From Lama glama (taxonomy: Eukaryota): DNA of 64,000 bases. Position 1 is the stretch's first letter. Each line of letters begins with the position of its first letter. Positions 27,713 through 43,184 of this stretch are shown piece by piece. A program made the position numbers and the translations under genes. The notes under the pieces were generated by a model that worked only from the letters and a program-made list of their open reading frames with translations, ran no database searches and was not told where the DNA came from. The stretch is from contig CM052816.1 in the NCBI GenBank assembly GCA_028534125.1, forward strand, positions 7,442,001 through 7,506,000. The letters run 5' to 3'.

Positions 27713-30700
27713 CAGCAGAAACCCTACAGGCCAGGAGAGAGTAGAATGACCTTCTCAAAATACTGAAAGATAAAAACTGTCACCCAAGAATATTCTATCC
27801 AGCAAAGTTATCATTCAGATATGAAGGAGAAATACTTTCCTAGAAAAACAGAAGCTGAGGCAGTTTATCAACACTAGACTTGCCTTACAAGATATGTTGA
27901 AATTAGCTCTTCTATCAGAAATAAAAAGGTAAAAATACACAAGACTTTGAGCAAGGTGATAGACAATCAGAAAATTGCAGCTCTTATTATCAGAATAGGT
28001 TTTTAAACACCTTATTATAGCATGAAGCTTAAGGGAGATAGAAAGCAAGCAGAAAAATAACTATAGCTACATTTCAATTTGGTAACAAACCCACAACATA
28101 AAAAAAGATAACTTGAGACAACAAAATATAAAAGAGGAAGAGGAGAAGGATGGAATCTGTATTGGTAAATGAAAATAAGATGCTATCAGCTGAAATAGGA
28201 TTTTTATCTAAGAAACATTTTATACAAACCTCAGGGTAAGCACAAAACATAAACATATAGCAGAGACACAAAATGTAAAAAAGAAGGAACTAAGAAAGGC
28301 ATTATAGAAAACCACCAACCAAACAGCAGACAGAAGCACAAGGAAAAAAGAAACAATGGAGATATAGATCAACCAGAAAACAAAGACAAAATGGCAGTAC
28401 TAAGTCCTCATCTATCAATAATCACCCTAAATAAGTGGATTGAATTCACAATCAAGAGACACACAGTGGCTGGATATTATAAAAAAAACAAGACCCAGCT
28501 GTGTGCTGCCTCCAAGAGACTCACTTCAGCTCTAAAGACAAACATAGGCTTAACAGAAGCTGATACTCTTAGCAAATGCCAGCCAAAAGAAAGTGGATAG
28601 CCATACTAACATAAGATGAAATAGACTTCAAGCCGAAAAAGGTAACAAGAGACAAAATGGACAGTATATAATAATAAAGGGGACAATTCATTAAGAAGAC
28701 ATAACAGAGATTAGTAAATATACCCCTATCACAAGAACATCTAAAATATGTATAACGATTAGTAACAGACCTAAAGGTAGAAATTGACAGCAACTCTATA
28801 AAAGCCGGGGACTTAAATACCATATTTATGTCAGTGGATAGGTCTTCCAGATAAAGTCAATAAGGAAACAGTAGCCTTAAATGAAAAATTAGACCAGATT
28901 TCTATAGAACATTCTATCCAAATGCAGCAGAATGTACATTCTTCTCAAGTGCATGCAGAACTTTCTTAAGGATAGACCATGTGTTGGGACACAAAACAAG
29001 TTTCAATAAATATAAGAAGCTTGAAATCATATCAAGCATTTTTTCCAATCCTAATAGAATGAAACTAGAGATCAACTACAAGAAGAAAATTGAAAAAAAT
29101 TACAAATATGGGGAGACTGAACAACATGCTACTGAACAACTATTGGTTCAATAAAGAAATTAAAGGAGAAATCAAAAATTACCTGAAGATAAGTGAAAAT
29201 GAAAATACGACACACCAAAATCTATGGGTTACATCAAAGGCAGTACTGAGGGGGAAGTATATAGCAATCTAGGTCTACCTCAAGACACAGTAAAAATCTC
29301 AAATAAACCATCTAACTTTATACCTAAAAGAAGTAGAAAAAGTAGAACAAATAAAACCCAAAGTTAGTAGAAAAAAGGAAATAATAAAAATCAGAACAGG
29401 AATAAAAGAAATAGAGACTAAAAAGACAATGGAAAAGACAATGAAACTAACAACTGGTTCTTTGAAGAGGTGAACAAAATTGACAAACCATTAGGTAGAT
29501 TTACTAATTAAAAAAGAGAAGGGCCTGTTAAAATCAGAAATGAAAATGGAGAAATAACATTGAAAACCACAGAAATATAAAGGTCTATAAGAGAATATTC
29601 TGAACAGCTATACACCAACAAGTTGGACAACTTAGAAGAAATGGACAAATTCTTATAATCGTACAACCTTCCAAGAATGAATCATGAATAAATAAAAAAT
29701 CTGAATAGACTGATCACTAACACAGACATTGAAAGAGTAACTAAAAAGCTCCCCAAAAGCAAAAGTTCAGGACCAGACAGCTTCACAGGTGAATTCTACC
29801 AAACATTCGAAGAATTTAATACCTGTCTGTCTCAAACTCTCCCAAAAAGAGAAGGGAATGCTTCATAACTCATTTTATGAGGCTAACACTACCTTGATAC
29901 TAAACCAAAGACAACACACAGAAAAGACAATTACAGGTTATATATCTAGTGATAGACACAAAGATTCTCAGCAAACTATTAGCAAACTGAATTCAACAAT
30001 ATATCAATATTCAAGTTGGATTTATTCCAGAGATGCAAGGATGATTCAACATCTACAAATCAATCAGTGTGATACACCACATTAACAAAATGAAGGATAA
30101 AAACCATATGATCATTTCAATAGATGCAGAAAAAGCATTTGACAAGACTCAATGCCCATTTATGATAAAAATTCTCAATAGAGTGGGTGGAGGAGGAATG
30201 TACCTAAACGTGATAAAAGTTATATATGACAAACCCACAGCTAACATTATACTCAATGGTGAAAAACTGAAATCTGTCCCTCTAAGATCAGGACTCTCAC
30301 CACTCTTATTCAACATTGTATTGGATGTCCTAGCAGAGTAACTGGGCAAGAATGAATGAATGAATGAATGAATGAATAAATAAAAGATACCCAAACTGGA
30401 AAGGAAGAAGTAAAACTGTCACTATTTGCAGATGACATGATTATATATGTGTGTATAAAACCCTAAAGACTCCACCAAAAATACTATGTGAAATAGTAAA
30501 CAAATACAATAAAGTTGCAGGAGATAAAATCAATATACAAAAATCTGTTGCATTTCGATATACTGACAAAGAGCTAGCTGAAATAGAAATTAGGAAAACA
30601 ATCCCATTTACAATCCCAACAAACAGAGTAAAATGCCTAGGAATAAATTTAACCAAGGAGGCAAAAGACTTGTACACTGAAAACTGTAATTTATTATTTA

Positions 30701-32380
30701 AAAAATTGAAGACACAAATAAATGGAAAAATATTCCATGCTCATGGAATGGAAGAAGTAACATTGATAAAATGTCCATATTACCTAAAGCAATCTGTGGA
30801 TTCAATGTAATCCTATCAAAATTTCAACATTTTTCACAGAAATAGGAAAAAATTCTAAAATTTATGAGGAACCACGAAAGACCCTAAATAGCCAAAACAA
30901 TCCCGAGAAAAAAGAACAAAGCTGGAGGTATCACACTCCCTGATTTCAAACCATATGACAAAGCCACAGTGATCAAAAGTGGTATAAACAGTAAAACAGA
31001 TACATAGCTCAATGGAACAGAATTGACAGCCCAGAAATAAACTCACACATACATGGGCAATTAATTTACAACAGAGGAGCAAACAACATACAGTGGAGAA
31101 AGGACAGTCTTTTCAATAAATAGTGTTGGAAAAACTGGACAGCCACATGCAAAGAAATGAAACAACCGCTATCTTACACCATACACAAAAATCAAACCAA
31201 AGTGGATTAAAGACTTGAATATAAGACCTGAAACCATAAAACTCCTAGAAGAAAACATAGGCAGTACACTCTTTGACGTCAGTCTTAGCAAGACCTTTCT
31301 AGATATGTCTCCTCAGACAAGGGAAACAAAAGCAAAAATAAATAAACGGGACTACAGCAAACTTAAGTTTCTGCACAACAAAGGAAAACATCAATAATAT
31401 CCAGTAAGGGGTTAATATCTAAAGTGTATCAAGAATTCATACAAGTCAACAACAACAAAAAATCCATTTAAAAAGGGGGCAGAGGAGCTGAATAGACATT
31501 TTTCCAAAGAAGAAATAAAGATGACCAACAAGAGCATGGAAAGGTGCTCAACATCACTAATTAAGAAAATTCAGATCAAAACCACAAGATATCACCTCAC
31601 ACTTGTCAGAATGACTGTCATCAAAAAGATAAATAAAAGTGTTGGTAAGAAAGTAGAGAAAAGGGAAGCCTTATGTACTGTTGGTGGGAATGTAAATTGG
31701 TGCAGCCACTATGGAAAACAGTATGGAGGTTCCTCAAAAAACTAAGAACAACTACCATATGACCCAGTAATTCCACTCCTGGGTACATAACTTTAAAAAC
31801 AGAAACACTAATTTGAAAAGATACATGCACCCCAATGTTCATAGCAGCATTAGTAACAATTGCCAAGATATGGAAGCAACCTAATGGTTCATCAACAGAT
31901 GAATGGATAAAGAAGATATGGAGTACGTACAATGGAGTACTACTCAGCCATAAAAAAAGAATGAAAATTTGTCATTTGCAACAGCATGGTTGAACCTGGA
32001 GGGCATTACACTTAGTGCAATAAGACAGAGAAAGAAAAATACTATATGCTATCACTTTTACATGGAATCTAAAAAATAAAACAAACAAATGAATATAACA
32101 AACTCTTTGAGGAAACAGACTCATAGATATAGAGAACAAACCAGTGGTTTCCAGTGGGGAGAGGGAAGGGGGAGAGGAAAGATGGGGTGGAGATTAAGAG
32201 GTACAAACTACTATGTATAAAATAAATAAGCAAAAAGTATACAATGAATAGTACAGGGAATATAGCCAATATTTTATAATAACTTTAAATGAGTATAACT
32301 ATAAAAATTTTGAATCACTATGTTGTACACCAGAAACTAATACAATATTGTAAATCAACTGTGCAGCAATTTTTTAAAAA
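27709..32380 (+). mobile_element. Older degraded L1 of about 4.7 kb (ORF1 end, ORF2, 3'UTR)
   Basis: ORF1-like agaatattctatccagcaaag, endonuclease fragments, [14 protein letters not shown], many stops, L1 3' tail; internal (GAAT)n at about 30349-30380. Confidence 0.95.
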
Positions 32381-32778
32381 GCCACCCCACTCCCATTACC
32401 ATCTGTTGGGCCGCACCTGCAGCCTGCGATTCAGCAGCACCTTATTGGACAGGCAGCCTCCATTGTGAGGTAGCTCTGGTTCCTCCTTGCCAAGATAGAC
32501 AAGAGCTGAGCCTGGCCCCACATCCAGGCACCGTGACCTCCAGTCCAGTGATGCCTTCTTTCTCCTAGTCCTGTGGTTCACTTTGCCCTAAAGCAATACA
32601 GGCCGAACTTGGAGGGGCTGAAAGCCCGGGCGAGTCCTGGCAGCAGCCAGGCAATCACAGGGCGCACTGAGGATCTTCCTGACATAAGTCTCTCATAAGT
32701 CCCCCGACACCCAGGTGAGGCATATAATCAACATCAGCTTCCCCCTCTCACCAGCACCAGGGCCAGGCACCCTTGTGA

Positions 32779-33033
<255 letters not shown>

Positions 33034-34018
33034 TAAGTAGCTGCACGGCCCTTCCAGCCCTAAGCCCAACTCCTCTCTTCTTAACACATTTATCCCCATT
33101 GAACAGGAGACATGTGGATTAAAGATCAAACCTTCAGAATCTAAGAAGGTTGATCCATGTGGCTCTGAGTATTACACCTCTTTCCCAGTTTTTGCAAACA
33201 CAAACCAAAAAAAAAAAAAAAACAGATAGAGTAGCTATCCACAGCACGAGCTTCTTAATTCCAGGAACAATTTTCTATCTCCAGCTGGCTGCTGTTTCAG
33301 GTTCAAGCTGCTTTCCTCTCCTACGACATCTGCTATTATTCGTATTCTTTCTGTCCTTCTCTCTTTCCCTCCCTTCCTCCCCGTCTCCCCTAAACCCACC
33401 CAGGAAACAAAAGTTCACCTGCTAGCCCCAGGTCCCTACTTTTGCTACCATAAAGTCAGACACACGGAGCTTTTCCTTAGGACTTTATTGCCAATCAGAC
33501 TATTAGTTAATAATCAGATGAGATGGCATAAAGAGGCTGTAAATGACAATACCCAGTGTTGGTAAGGATGTCAGGAAATGCCCTCTTTCGTGTCCTTCTG
33601 GGAAGAATTAAACTGGTTCCTTTCTAGAAGGCAGTGTTGTAATGTATGTCAAATCCTAACACATATTTACATAAAACATATGAATATTTATCTGGTATAT
33701 GCACACAGACACAAATGGCCATAGTGGGTGCCTTTGGGTAAGAGAATTGGTAGACTGGGAGGCAGAGATAGAAGAGATTTATGTTCACTACATAAAGTTT
33801 TTTGGTTCTTGTTTTTGTTTTACCTTTTGAATTTCATAGTGTGTCACTTAGAGTTTGTTTTTTCTAAAGTATAATTAAATATAAATAAGTAAATCCTTTA
33901 ATCATTGATACCACTTCTAGGAATTTTTTCTGTTGAGATAATAACACAGGTGTGCATGATAATTTTATTGACACACTGATTATAATACTGACAATTTGGA
34001 AACAATAAAAGATTATTT

Positions 34019-34151
34019 CTTTTTTTAAGTTTCTTTTCGGGATTGGGTAATTAGGTGTATATATTTATTTTTAGAGGAGGCATTGGGGATTGAACCCAGG
34101 ACCTCATGCATATTAAGCATATGATCTACCACTTGAGCTATACCCTCCCCC
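34019..34151 (-). mobile_element. tRNA-derived SINE (vic-1-like) with 16-bp TSD
   Basis: Antisense A and B boxes; TSD caataaaagattattt at 34003-34018 and 34152-34167. Confidence 0.9.
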
Positions 34152-36144
34152 CAATAAAAGATTATTTAAAGTAGGGTACACACATGCAGTGGGATACAGT
34201 GGGATGCACAGCCATTACAAGTGATGAAGGAAATGTATGGTTTTGGAAAAATATGTATGACATACTATTCATAAAGAAAATACAGAATTATATTGTTCTC
34301 CTTGTGTAAATTTGTGTGCATTTAAAGTCAAATAGGAAAGCCCAAAGGAATGTTACTCAAAAATGTTAAAGGTAGTTATTTCCAATTGGTGGAAATTTTG
34401 GTATTTCCTTTTATAATGGCAATGTATAATTTTTCAAGAAAAAAACACAAACCTCTTTAAAGGTCCCTGAGTGCTCCCAACATGTGGTTTACTCCCCACA
34501 GCCCTGATCCTAGTAGCTAAGGCATAATGTTTTCTCCAAAACCTTGTCTCACCGTTCCCAAGAGATCTGATTCAGGTGGGAGCCAAGATGCTGCTATAGG
34601 GAGGAAATGAGGGATGGAGGTCAGGAAGAGCTAGAAAGAGCACATCTTTTGGAGAAATTACTATCCAAGAATTGACAAAAGATTTTAAAAATAAGGTTTT
34701 TTTTTTTGCTTTGACAAATTTTCCAGTAATTGTAGTTATCAAGAAATAAAAGTTACTGTTGGAAGTGAAGGGACAACTTGTCCCCCCCCTCCACCCATTG
34801 TTTAGATGAATAGACTGAACTAAGGGAGTTTCGGGAAGTCACAAAAGTCCCAAGGGCCACCCGTTCTCTCAGTCAAAAGCCTCTCCCTGGTCAGTATTGA
34901 AATGCAAAAACAGACACAGTCTTGATACCCTAACCAACAGGACCGAGAGATGTGAGCACTGTCTCTACAAGTCCCGCTTGAGCTCAGCCAGTTTATTTCC
35001 ACTCTCTGCCGCCTCCAGATAGTTCAAAGAGGTGCCTCCAATGGCCTCCTCCAGGTACCTTTTGTGCCAGGAGGAAGGGCCACCGCTACCTGCTTAAACC
35101 AGCCCTTGCTTGCCTTTTTCCTATCAACCCAGCTCTGCTTCCTCATTAGGAAGCCCTTTTAAACAGGTGAGTGAGTGCCATAAGGTCAAACCGAAGGTGG
35201 TGATGATGATGACTGATGATGATAATGATGATGGTGATGATGCTTCACATCTGCCAAGCACTTCACGATTCCAAGAATCATCATGTCTACCTCTTCTGGT
35301 TCTTACCACATCCCTGAGAGGTAGGCAGGGCAAGAATCTTTCCCTCCCTCCCTCTCTCTCTCCCCCTCCCTCCCCACCGCTGGGGTAGGGTAGATGAAGA
35401 AACAGAAGATGTAAGCAGCCAAGGTCCTCCCCAAAACAGTGACCAAACACAACTGGTTAATGGCAGAGCTACAGCTCAGAATCCAGTGCACCTTCCTCTG
35501 AGTTCAGTGCTTTGCACTCAACTTTTCTTTCTGTTTCTTTTTGATTCTCTTCTCATGATCCTGTTCCCATCTTTCCCCCTTCCCAGTGGATTGGCAGTGC
35601 CTGAGCAGGAGCGGCCAGCACAGGTGTGGAGAACATTTAGAACCCTGGTTGCTAGCACCCTGCAGGGCACATAGTAAGAATTTTGTATGCACAGTGGCCA
35701 TTGTTATTAAATTATATCCAGTGCATAGCATGAAATAAGTTCACAGTGAATATTGGTTGAGTAAATGGATGAAGGAGTGAACTCAGATCAATAAATACTC
35801 TGCAAGTGGTGTCAGGTTAGGTTTTTTGTCCTAGTGAGTGAATTAATAAACAACCTGGCACTGATACTCTGTAAATTGAGAAAATTCTTATTAACTTTTT
35901 CATTGTCTATCTAAATGCGAAGCATCTAGTAGATCTCAATAAATACTACGCGTGAATAAATCATGAAAAAAATCACTGGATGAATTAATAAATAAACTCA
36001 CATTAGGAAGTTACCCAGAATGGTAGCAATGGTTAATAACTTTTTCTTTAGAGCCTACCGTGTGTTAAATTTTTGTTGAGTCACCTGAACTAGCAGCAGC
36101 CCTGGATCAGGGGTTCCAGAACAGATCCTGGGAACTGAGAGTGA

Positions 36145-36890
<746 letters not shown>

Positions 36891-37784
36891 TTATTCTTAA
36901 AGACCCACCATGCACACATACTGATACAGAATCTACTGTGCCACAGTTCTCGTGACTCCCTAGGATTATATCCATGCCATTTCATTCGTTTATATTAGCA
37001 GCCTGGCCCCTCCAGGCATTGAGTGTGTAACTCCTGTTTCAAACCATTTGATTGATTGTGAGAAAGTGGCTTGGGAGATGAGGATCACAAAGGCATCACC
37101 AGTTCCCTGACATTCCCTGTGCCATCACACCTCTGTCTTCTTACTTACGCTGTTCCCTTCTTTATTTCTGTTTTTGAACTCTGCCTCCGCTGTAAAATTT
37201 GACTGTTTCCTATTAAAATTAATGCCAACTTCACCTTGTGTTTTTTTAGAACTTATGTCTATTAAATCGGGAATTCTTACAACACTTAAAAGATGAGGCA
37301 TACTTTTTTTTTAAATATACCTATCTTCCTCACTTAACCTGAAAGCTCTGAGGGCGAGAACTCTTTGATTCATCTTTACATCTCCCCACAATACTTCTGT
37401 AAAAACTGGCATGCTTCAGGTACCAGTTTGTGTCCATGGCACTGAATAGATGGATGATTTCCATTTAGTTGAATCAAATTTCACCTCCTCTCCAGGCCTG
37501 GTAAGTGGTGCCCATGTCTAAAAAAGGCATACTGAGATCCTGACTTCTTCTGCTATGACTTGCAATCTGTATCAGTTTCAACCCAGAGATGGGACGCTCC
37601 TCTTTGGAATCCTCAGGGTTCTAGAACTTCTGAAGAATATTATTACCACATGGCCCTCAGGGGAACTCTGTTTGCCAATGAGGTGTTTGCTTTTTAAGAT
37701 AGCTCTTTTATTCTTTGATTTTTGCTTCCTAAGAGTTATTAGATGATTTCTTTACCCTCTAACTCTCATCAGAACCTCTAATCA

Positions 37785-37910
37785 TGTAGTACTTTCCAGC
37801 TCACAAAACACTAAGAGCATTTACTCATTCAGTGATAAAAGTTACTGCACAACTACACTGTGCCAGATACATGGCAAGAGCTTTGCAAGCTTTCTTTTAT
37901 TCATTCCTTA
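37785..37910 (+). repeat. Direct repeat copy 1 (126 bp)
   Basis: 8 differences from 39277-39401 by manual alignment. Confidence 0.95.
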
Positions 37911-38270
37911 CAAAAAATTCATCTGGCCCAAAATGTCAATATTATCCCTTTGGTAACCTTGTACTAGAGGAAGAAAACCACGTCCTAAGAGGAACCTTGG
38001 TCTTTAATCATCTTGGAGGAAGTGGGGGCTGGCGTGTGAAAAGGAATGAAGGATCTAGAAAGCAGAACTCAAGACAAATGAGGAAAGGCATGGGCTATTG
38101 GGGAGGTAGTGAGTTCTCTGCTAGAAGTATCCTAGCAGAGTTTGGGCAGCCACTTTGCAGCAGTGCTAAGAAGGGCATATGGGCCAGAGCATCTGAGGGC
38201 ACAAGGACATTCATGCAGAGGCTCTCATACCAGGGGCTCTCATTTCAAAATCTCATCTTTATTATGATAG

Positions 38271-38447
<177 letters not shown>

Positions 38448-39276
38448 TGAGAGACCTGCTTCTCTCTCACTTGGCAGCAGGCCCTGTCTGAGGGTGTGCT
38501 GAGTTTCCCTGGATTGCTGACCCAATTAGCTGGCTACTTCTCCAGGTCACTGCCCCTGCTGCTCCAGATGCTACAGAGGTGGTGGAGGGAGTGATGAAAA
38601 TCCCAACTGGGAACTCCTAGGTCCTGGCCCAACTCTGCTGCTAACCAGCTGGACAACTTTGCCAAGCTCCCGCACCCTCTGACCCCAAATGTCCACACCT
38701 AGAAAGATGAAAAGTAATAAAAGACGAGCACATACCCTCTACACTGCCATGTATGTGTGAGATACTTAGGGATGTCCTCCTTTTCCTGTTAATCTCCCTA
38801 CCCCCAACCTCCTCAAACTCCAATACACACACCTTCGAGGAGAAATTTGTTCCAGGTAGACCCTTCCTGGGACACTTTAGTAACAGTAAAAAATGTAGTT
38901 AGCAATAAGACGAATAGTTCACAGTGACATCAGTCACTAATAAAGCGTACATACAACACTCAATGTTTATATTTTTGAATTTTGCAAAACAAAATTCCAA
39001 AGAGAAGACAAATGCAATGAAAAAGAATGCTGAGAGTTTCATATTAATAAACTAGCAATTCATGATGATTGACAATTCCTTACAGCCAACAACCTGGTGA
39101 CTTTCTGTCCGCAGGGCTCAGTGCTCCCAAGGCAGGCAGATCTGAGTATGCCCTCATAGGTGTGCAGAAAGACCTCATGAGTCACAGTAAGGATATTAAA
39201 TGAAACTTTTCATAAAGTCAAACTATAATAACCCAAATAGGTGTATCTGGAGCCTATGTCAGCCACATCTAATTTG

Positions 39277-39401
39277 TGTAGTACTTTCCAGCTCACGAAA
39301 CACTAAGAGCATTTACTCATCAGTAATAATAGTTACTGCACAATTACACTGTGCCAGATACATGGCAAGAGCTTTACAAGCCTTCTTTTATTCACTCCTT
39401 A
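39277..39401 (+). repeat. Direct repeat copy 2 (125 bp), continuing into an antisense MIR
   Basis: Aligned by eye to 37785-37910; followed by cccattttacaaatgagtaaactgaggc. Confidence 0.95.
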
Positions 39402-40025
39402 GTATAAAATTTTATGGTAGGCACCATTATTCCCATTTTACAAATGAGTAAACTGAGGCTTAGGTGAGTTAAATGCCTTGCTCAAGGTCACACAGCTAGG
39501 AGGTGACAGAGCCAGTATCCCAAGACCTGTCTGACTCTACCTCCCCCTTAACCTACCTGCAAGCTTTTTTCTTCCCTTAAGCCTGCTGGAACCATTATTT
39601 TACCATGCAGGCTTCTAATATCTATGTCATTTATGACAGCCTTTCCCTGATTTTTCTTATTGATGACTTGTTTTTCTTTTTTCTAATATAGAGGTTATAG
39701 ACTAATGGCCTAACAGCTGACAATGGCCTTCACATATATTTGGGGAGGCTTCTACAAATTCTGTTCTTTTGTTTTTAGCCAACATTTAAAACCTGGAGAT
39801 TCCACATTAAAAAAAAAAATCCTGCACCTTCTTTCCAGTTAAATACTCTGGTACATCTTCAGCTTCATTCCTTCATCCTTCAGCTATAACCATGTCCTGA
39901 TCAAACCCTTTGGGAATAAAACATGTACCAGGGGCTTGGTCACTGTCTCCACTATTCCCTATTCTGTCTCATACCCAGCCTCTCTCACCATATTACTGCT
40001 ACCTGTCTGGTCACCATTGCTTTTG

Positions 40026-42346
40026 TTTTGGGGTTGTTTTTTTTTTTGTCCTTTTAAAAAAAATTATTTTTATGAGACATAATTGACATGTAACATTGTA
40101 TAAGTTTAAGGTGTACAGCATGTGTTATTTGATACATTTACATATTGCTATATGATTACCACCATAACATTAGCTAATGCCCTTCTTATGCCATATAGTT
40201 ACCATTTCCTTTTGTGTGTGTGTGTGTGTCAATTTCTGATGTACAGCATAATGTTTCAGTCATACGTATACATACATATATTCCTTTTCATATTCTTTTT
40301 CATTATAGNNNNNNNNNNNNNNNNNNNNNNNNNNNNNNNNNNNNNNNNNNNNNNNNNNNNNNNNNNNNNNNNNNNNNNNNNNNNNNNNNNNNNNNNNNNN
40401 NNNNNNNNNNNNNNNNNNNNNNNNNNNNNNNNNNNNNNNNNNNNNNNNNNNNNNNNNNNNNNNNNNNNNNNNNNNNNNNNNNNNNNNNNNNNNNNNNNNN
40501 NNNNNNNNNNNNNNNNNNNNNNNNNNNNNNNNNNNNNNNNNNNNNNNNNNNNNNNNNNNNNNNNNNNNNNNNNNNNNNNNNNNNNNNNNNNNNNNNNNNN
40601 NNNNNNNNNNNNNNNNNNNNNNNNNNNNNNNNNNNNNNNNNNNNNNNNNNNNNNNNNNNNNNNNNNNNNNNNNNNNNNNNNNNNNNNNNNNNNNNNNNNN
40701 NNNNNNNNNNNNNNNNNNNNNNNNNNNNNNNNNNNNNNNNNNNNNNNNNNNNNNNNNNNNNNNNNNNNNNNNNNNNNNNNNNNNNNNNNNNNNNNNNNNN
40801 NNNNNNNNTTACTATAAGATATTAAATATGAATCCCTGTGCTATACAATATAGACTTATTATTTATTTTATATATGGTAGTTAGTATCTGCAAATCTCAA
40901 ACTCCCAATTTATCCCTTCCCACTCCCTTTCCCCACTGGTAACGACAAGTTTGTTCTCTATGTCTGTGAGTTTGCCTCTATTTTGTAAATAAGTTTATTT
41001 GTGTTATTTTTTTAGATTCCACATATAAGTGATATCATATGGTATTTTTCTTTCTCTTTCTGGCTTCTTCACTTAGTATGACAATCTTAGTATGACAATG
41101 GCAGCAAATGGTATTATTTTATTCCTTTTTGTTGCTGAGTAGTATTCCATTATATAAATATATCACAACTTTTTTATCCAGTCATCTGTCAATGGACATT
41201 AGGTTGCTTCCATGTCTTGGCCATTGTATATAGTGCTGCTATGAACATTGAGGGGCATGTATCTTTTCAAATTAGCGTTCCCTCCAGATATATGCCCAGG
41301 AGTAGAATTGCTGGATCATATGGTAAGTCTGTTTTTTTAAAAATTAATTTTAATTAACCTGTTTTCCATAATGGCTGCACCAAACTATATTCCCACCAGC
41401 AGTGTAGGAAGGTTCCCTTTTCTCCACACCCTCTCCAGCATTTATCATTTCTGGACTTTTTAAGGATGGCCATTCTGACTGGTGCAAGGTGATACCTCAT
41501 TGTAGTTTTGATTTGCATTTATCTAATAACTAGTGATATTGAGCATTTTTTCATGTGCCTATTGGTCATTCATATGTCTTCATTGGAGAATTGCTTGTTT
41601 AGGTCTTCTGCCCATTTTTGAATTGGGTCATTTGTTTTTTATTTATTAAGTCATATGAGCTGTTTATATATTCTGGAAATCAAGCCTTTGTCATTCTCAT
41701 CCTTTGCAAATATTTTCTCCCATTCCGTAGGTTGTCATTTTGTTTTGCTTATGGTTTCCTTTGCTGTGCGAAAGCTTGTAAGTTTAATTAGGCCCCATTT
41801 GTTAGTTTTCGTTTTTATTTCTATTGACTGGGTAGACTGCCCTGGGAGAACATTACTAAGATTTATGTCAGATAATGTTTTGCCTATGTTTTCTTCTAGG
41901 AGGTTTATAGTTTCTTGTTTTATATTTAAGTCTTTAAGCCATTTTGAGTTTATTTTTGTATATAGTATGAGGGTATGTTCTAACTTCATTGATTTACACT
42001 GCAGCTGTCCAGCTTTCCCAACACCACTTGCCAAAGAGAATCTCTTTTCTCCATTGTACACCTTTGCTGCCTTTGTTGAAGATTAATTGACCATAGGTGT
42101 CTGGGTTTATTTCTGGGCTCTCTATTCTGTTCCATTCATTGATCCATATGTCTGTTTTTGTGCCAGTTCCACACTGTTTTGATTACTGTAACTCTGTAAT
42201 ATTGTCTGAAGTCTGGGAGGGTTATGCTTCCAGTTTGACTCTTTTTCTTCAATATTGCTTGGGGACTTCTGGGTCTTTTGTGGTTCCATGTACATTTTAG
42301 GATTACTTGTTCTAGTTCTGTGAAAAATGTCCTGAGTAATTTGATT
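40026..42346 (-). mobile_element. Composite antisense L1 insertion (old L1 3' end plus young L1) bounded by one TSD
   Basis: cattgcttttg at 40015-40025 and 42347-42357; poly(T) at the left end; ORF2 homology on the minus strand. Confidence 0.85.
40309..40808. other. Assembly gap (500 N)
   Basis: Directly visible. Confidence 1.
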
Positions 42347-43184
42347 CATTGCTTTTGAATTTGCAATCCTCAAACTAATATGTTTGCTGTTCCTATGCAG
42401 TGTGACCTCATTTATATTTCAAATGCCAAGGACAGTGAGTAATAATAAAAACAGAAGCATCCTGCTGTGTTCCTAATGCATCACCTTATCCATCTCTCAC
42501 TGTCTCCTCCCCAAAACCCAGAATGTGTGTGGAGAAAACAGCCCCAGAAGTATAAACAGACTTGCTCAAGGTCTCCCAGACATCTGAAGGGGAGTGTTGG
42601 GATTTAAACCCTGGTTTCCTGACAACTCTGGGACCTTTTCCCTCTTCCAGCTACTCCGCTCAGTCGTGCAGTTAACACCAGGGATCTGGGACATGGGCAA
42701 CTTACTTCTACTTGCTTTGTTGACAGTCCTCAGCAGGGCCTTCCCCTCCCTTAGGAAGGGCCACCTGGGAAAGAAGGACAAAGGAAGAGGATTAGATAGG
42801 TTGGAACTTGGGTGTTCCATCCTACAGGGATTCTGAGCAGGAGCCTAAATATCACTTTTGCGTGGGATTTGGTTCAGGGCAAGTATCTCAAATGTTCCAA
42901 CACCCAAAGCAGTGGAAAGAAGGGAATGTAAGTCAGAAAAGACAGAACCACTGTCTTGGCCATACTTATACCCCTCCCCCCACGTCCTCCTCTCCCAAGC
43001 AGGTGTGCACACCTGACAGCTTTCATATCCTCTGTTTCCTTTGTTTACAGACCTAATCAGTTCACAACTGTTGTCTACTTAAAAATAATAATAATAATAT
43101 CCACTTAAATGTTAGTGTTAAAAAGACAACTACAAAAAAAGGCAAACTACTGAAACTTTTAGAAGTATACCATTATAAAATATC

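Noticed and set aside
25742..27749. ORFs with reverse-transcriptase motifs (YADD) as a possible novel RT system
   Set aside because: They are ordinary frameshifted L1 ORF2 fragments; no intact ORF1/ORF2 exists in the window
40122..40825. Long 231-aa and 203-aa ORFs
   Set aside because: Artefacts of translating through the N gap
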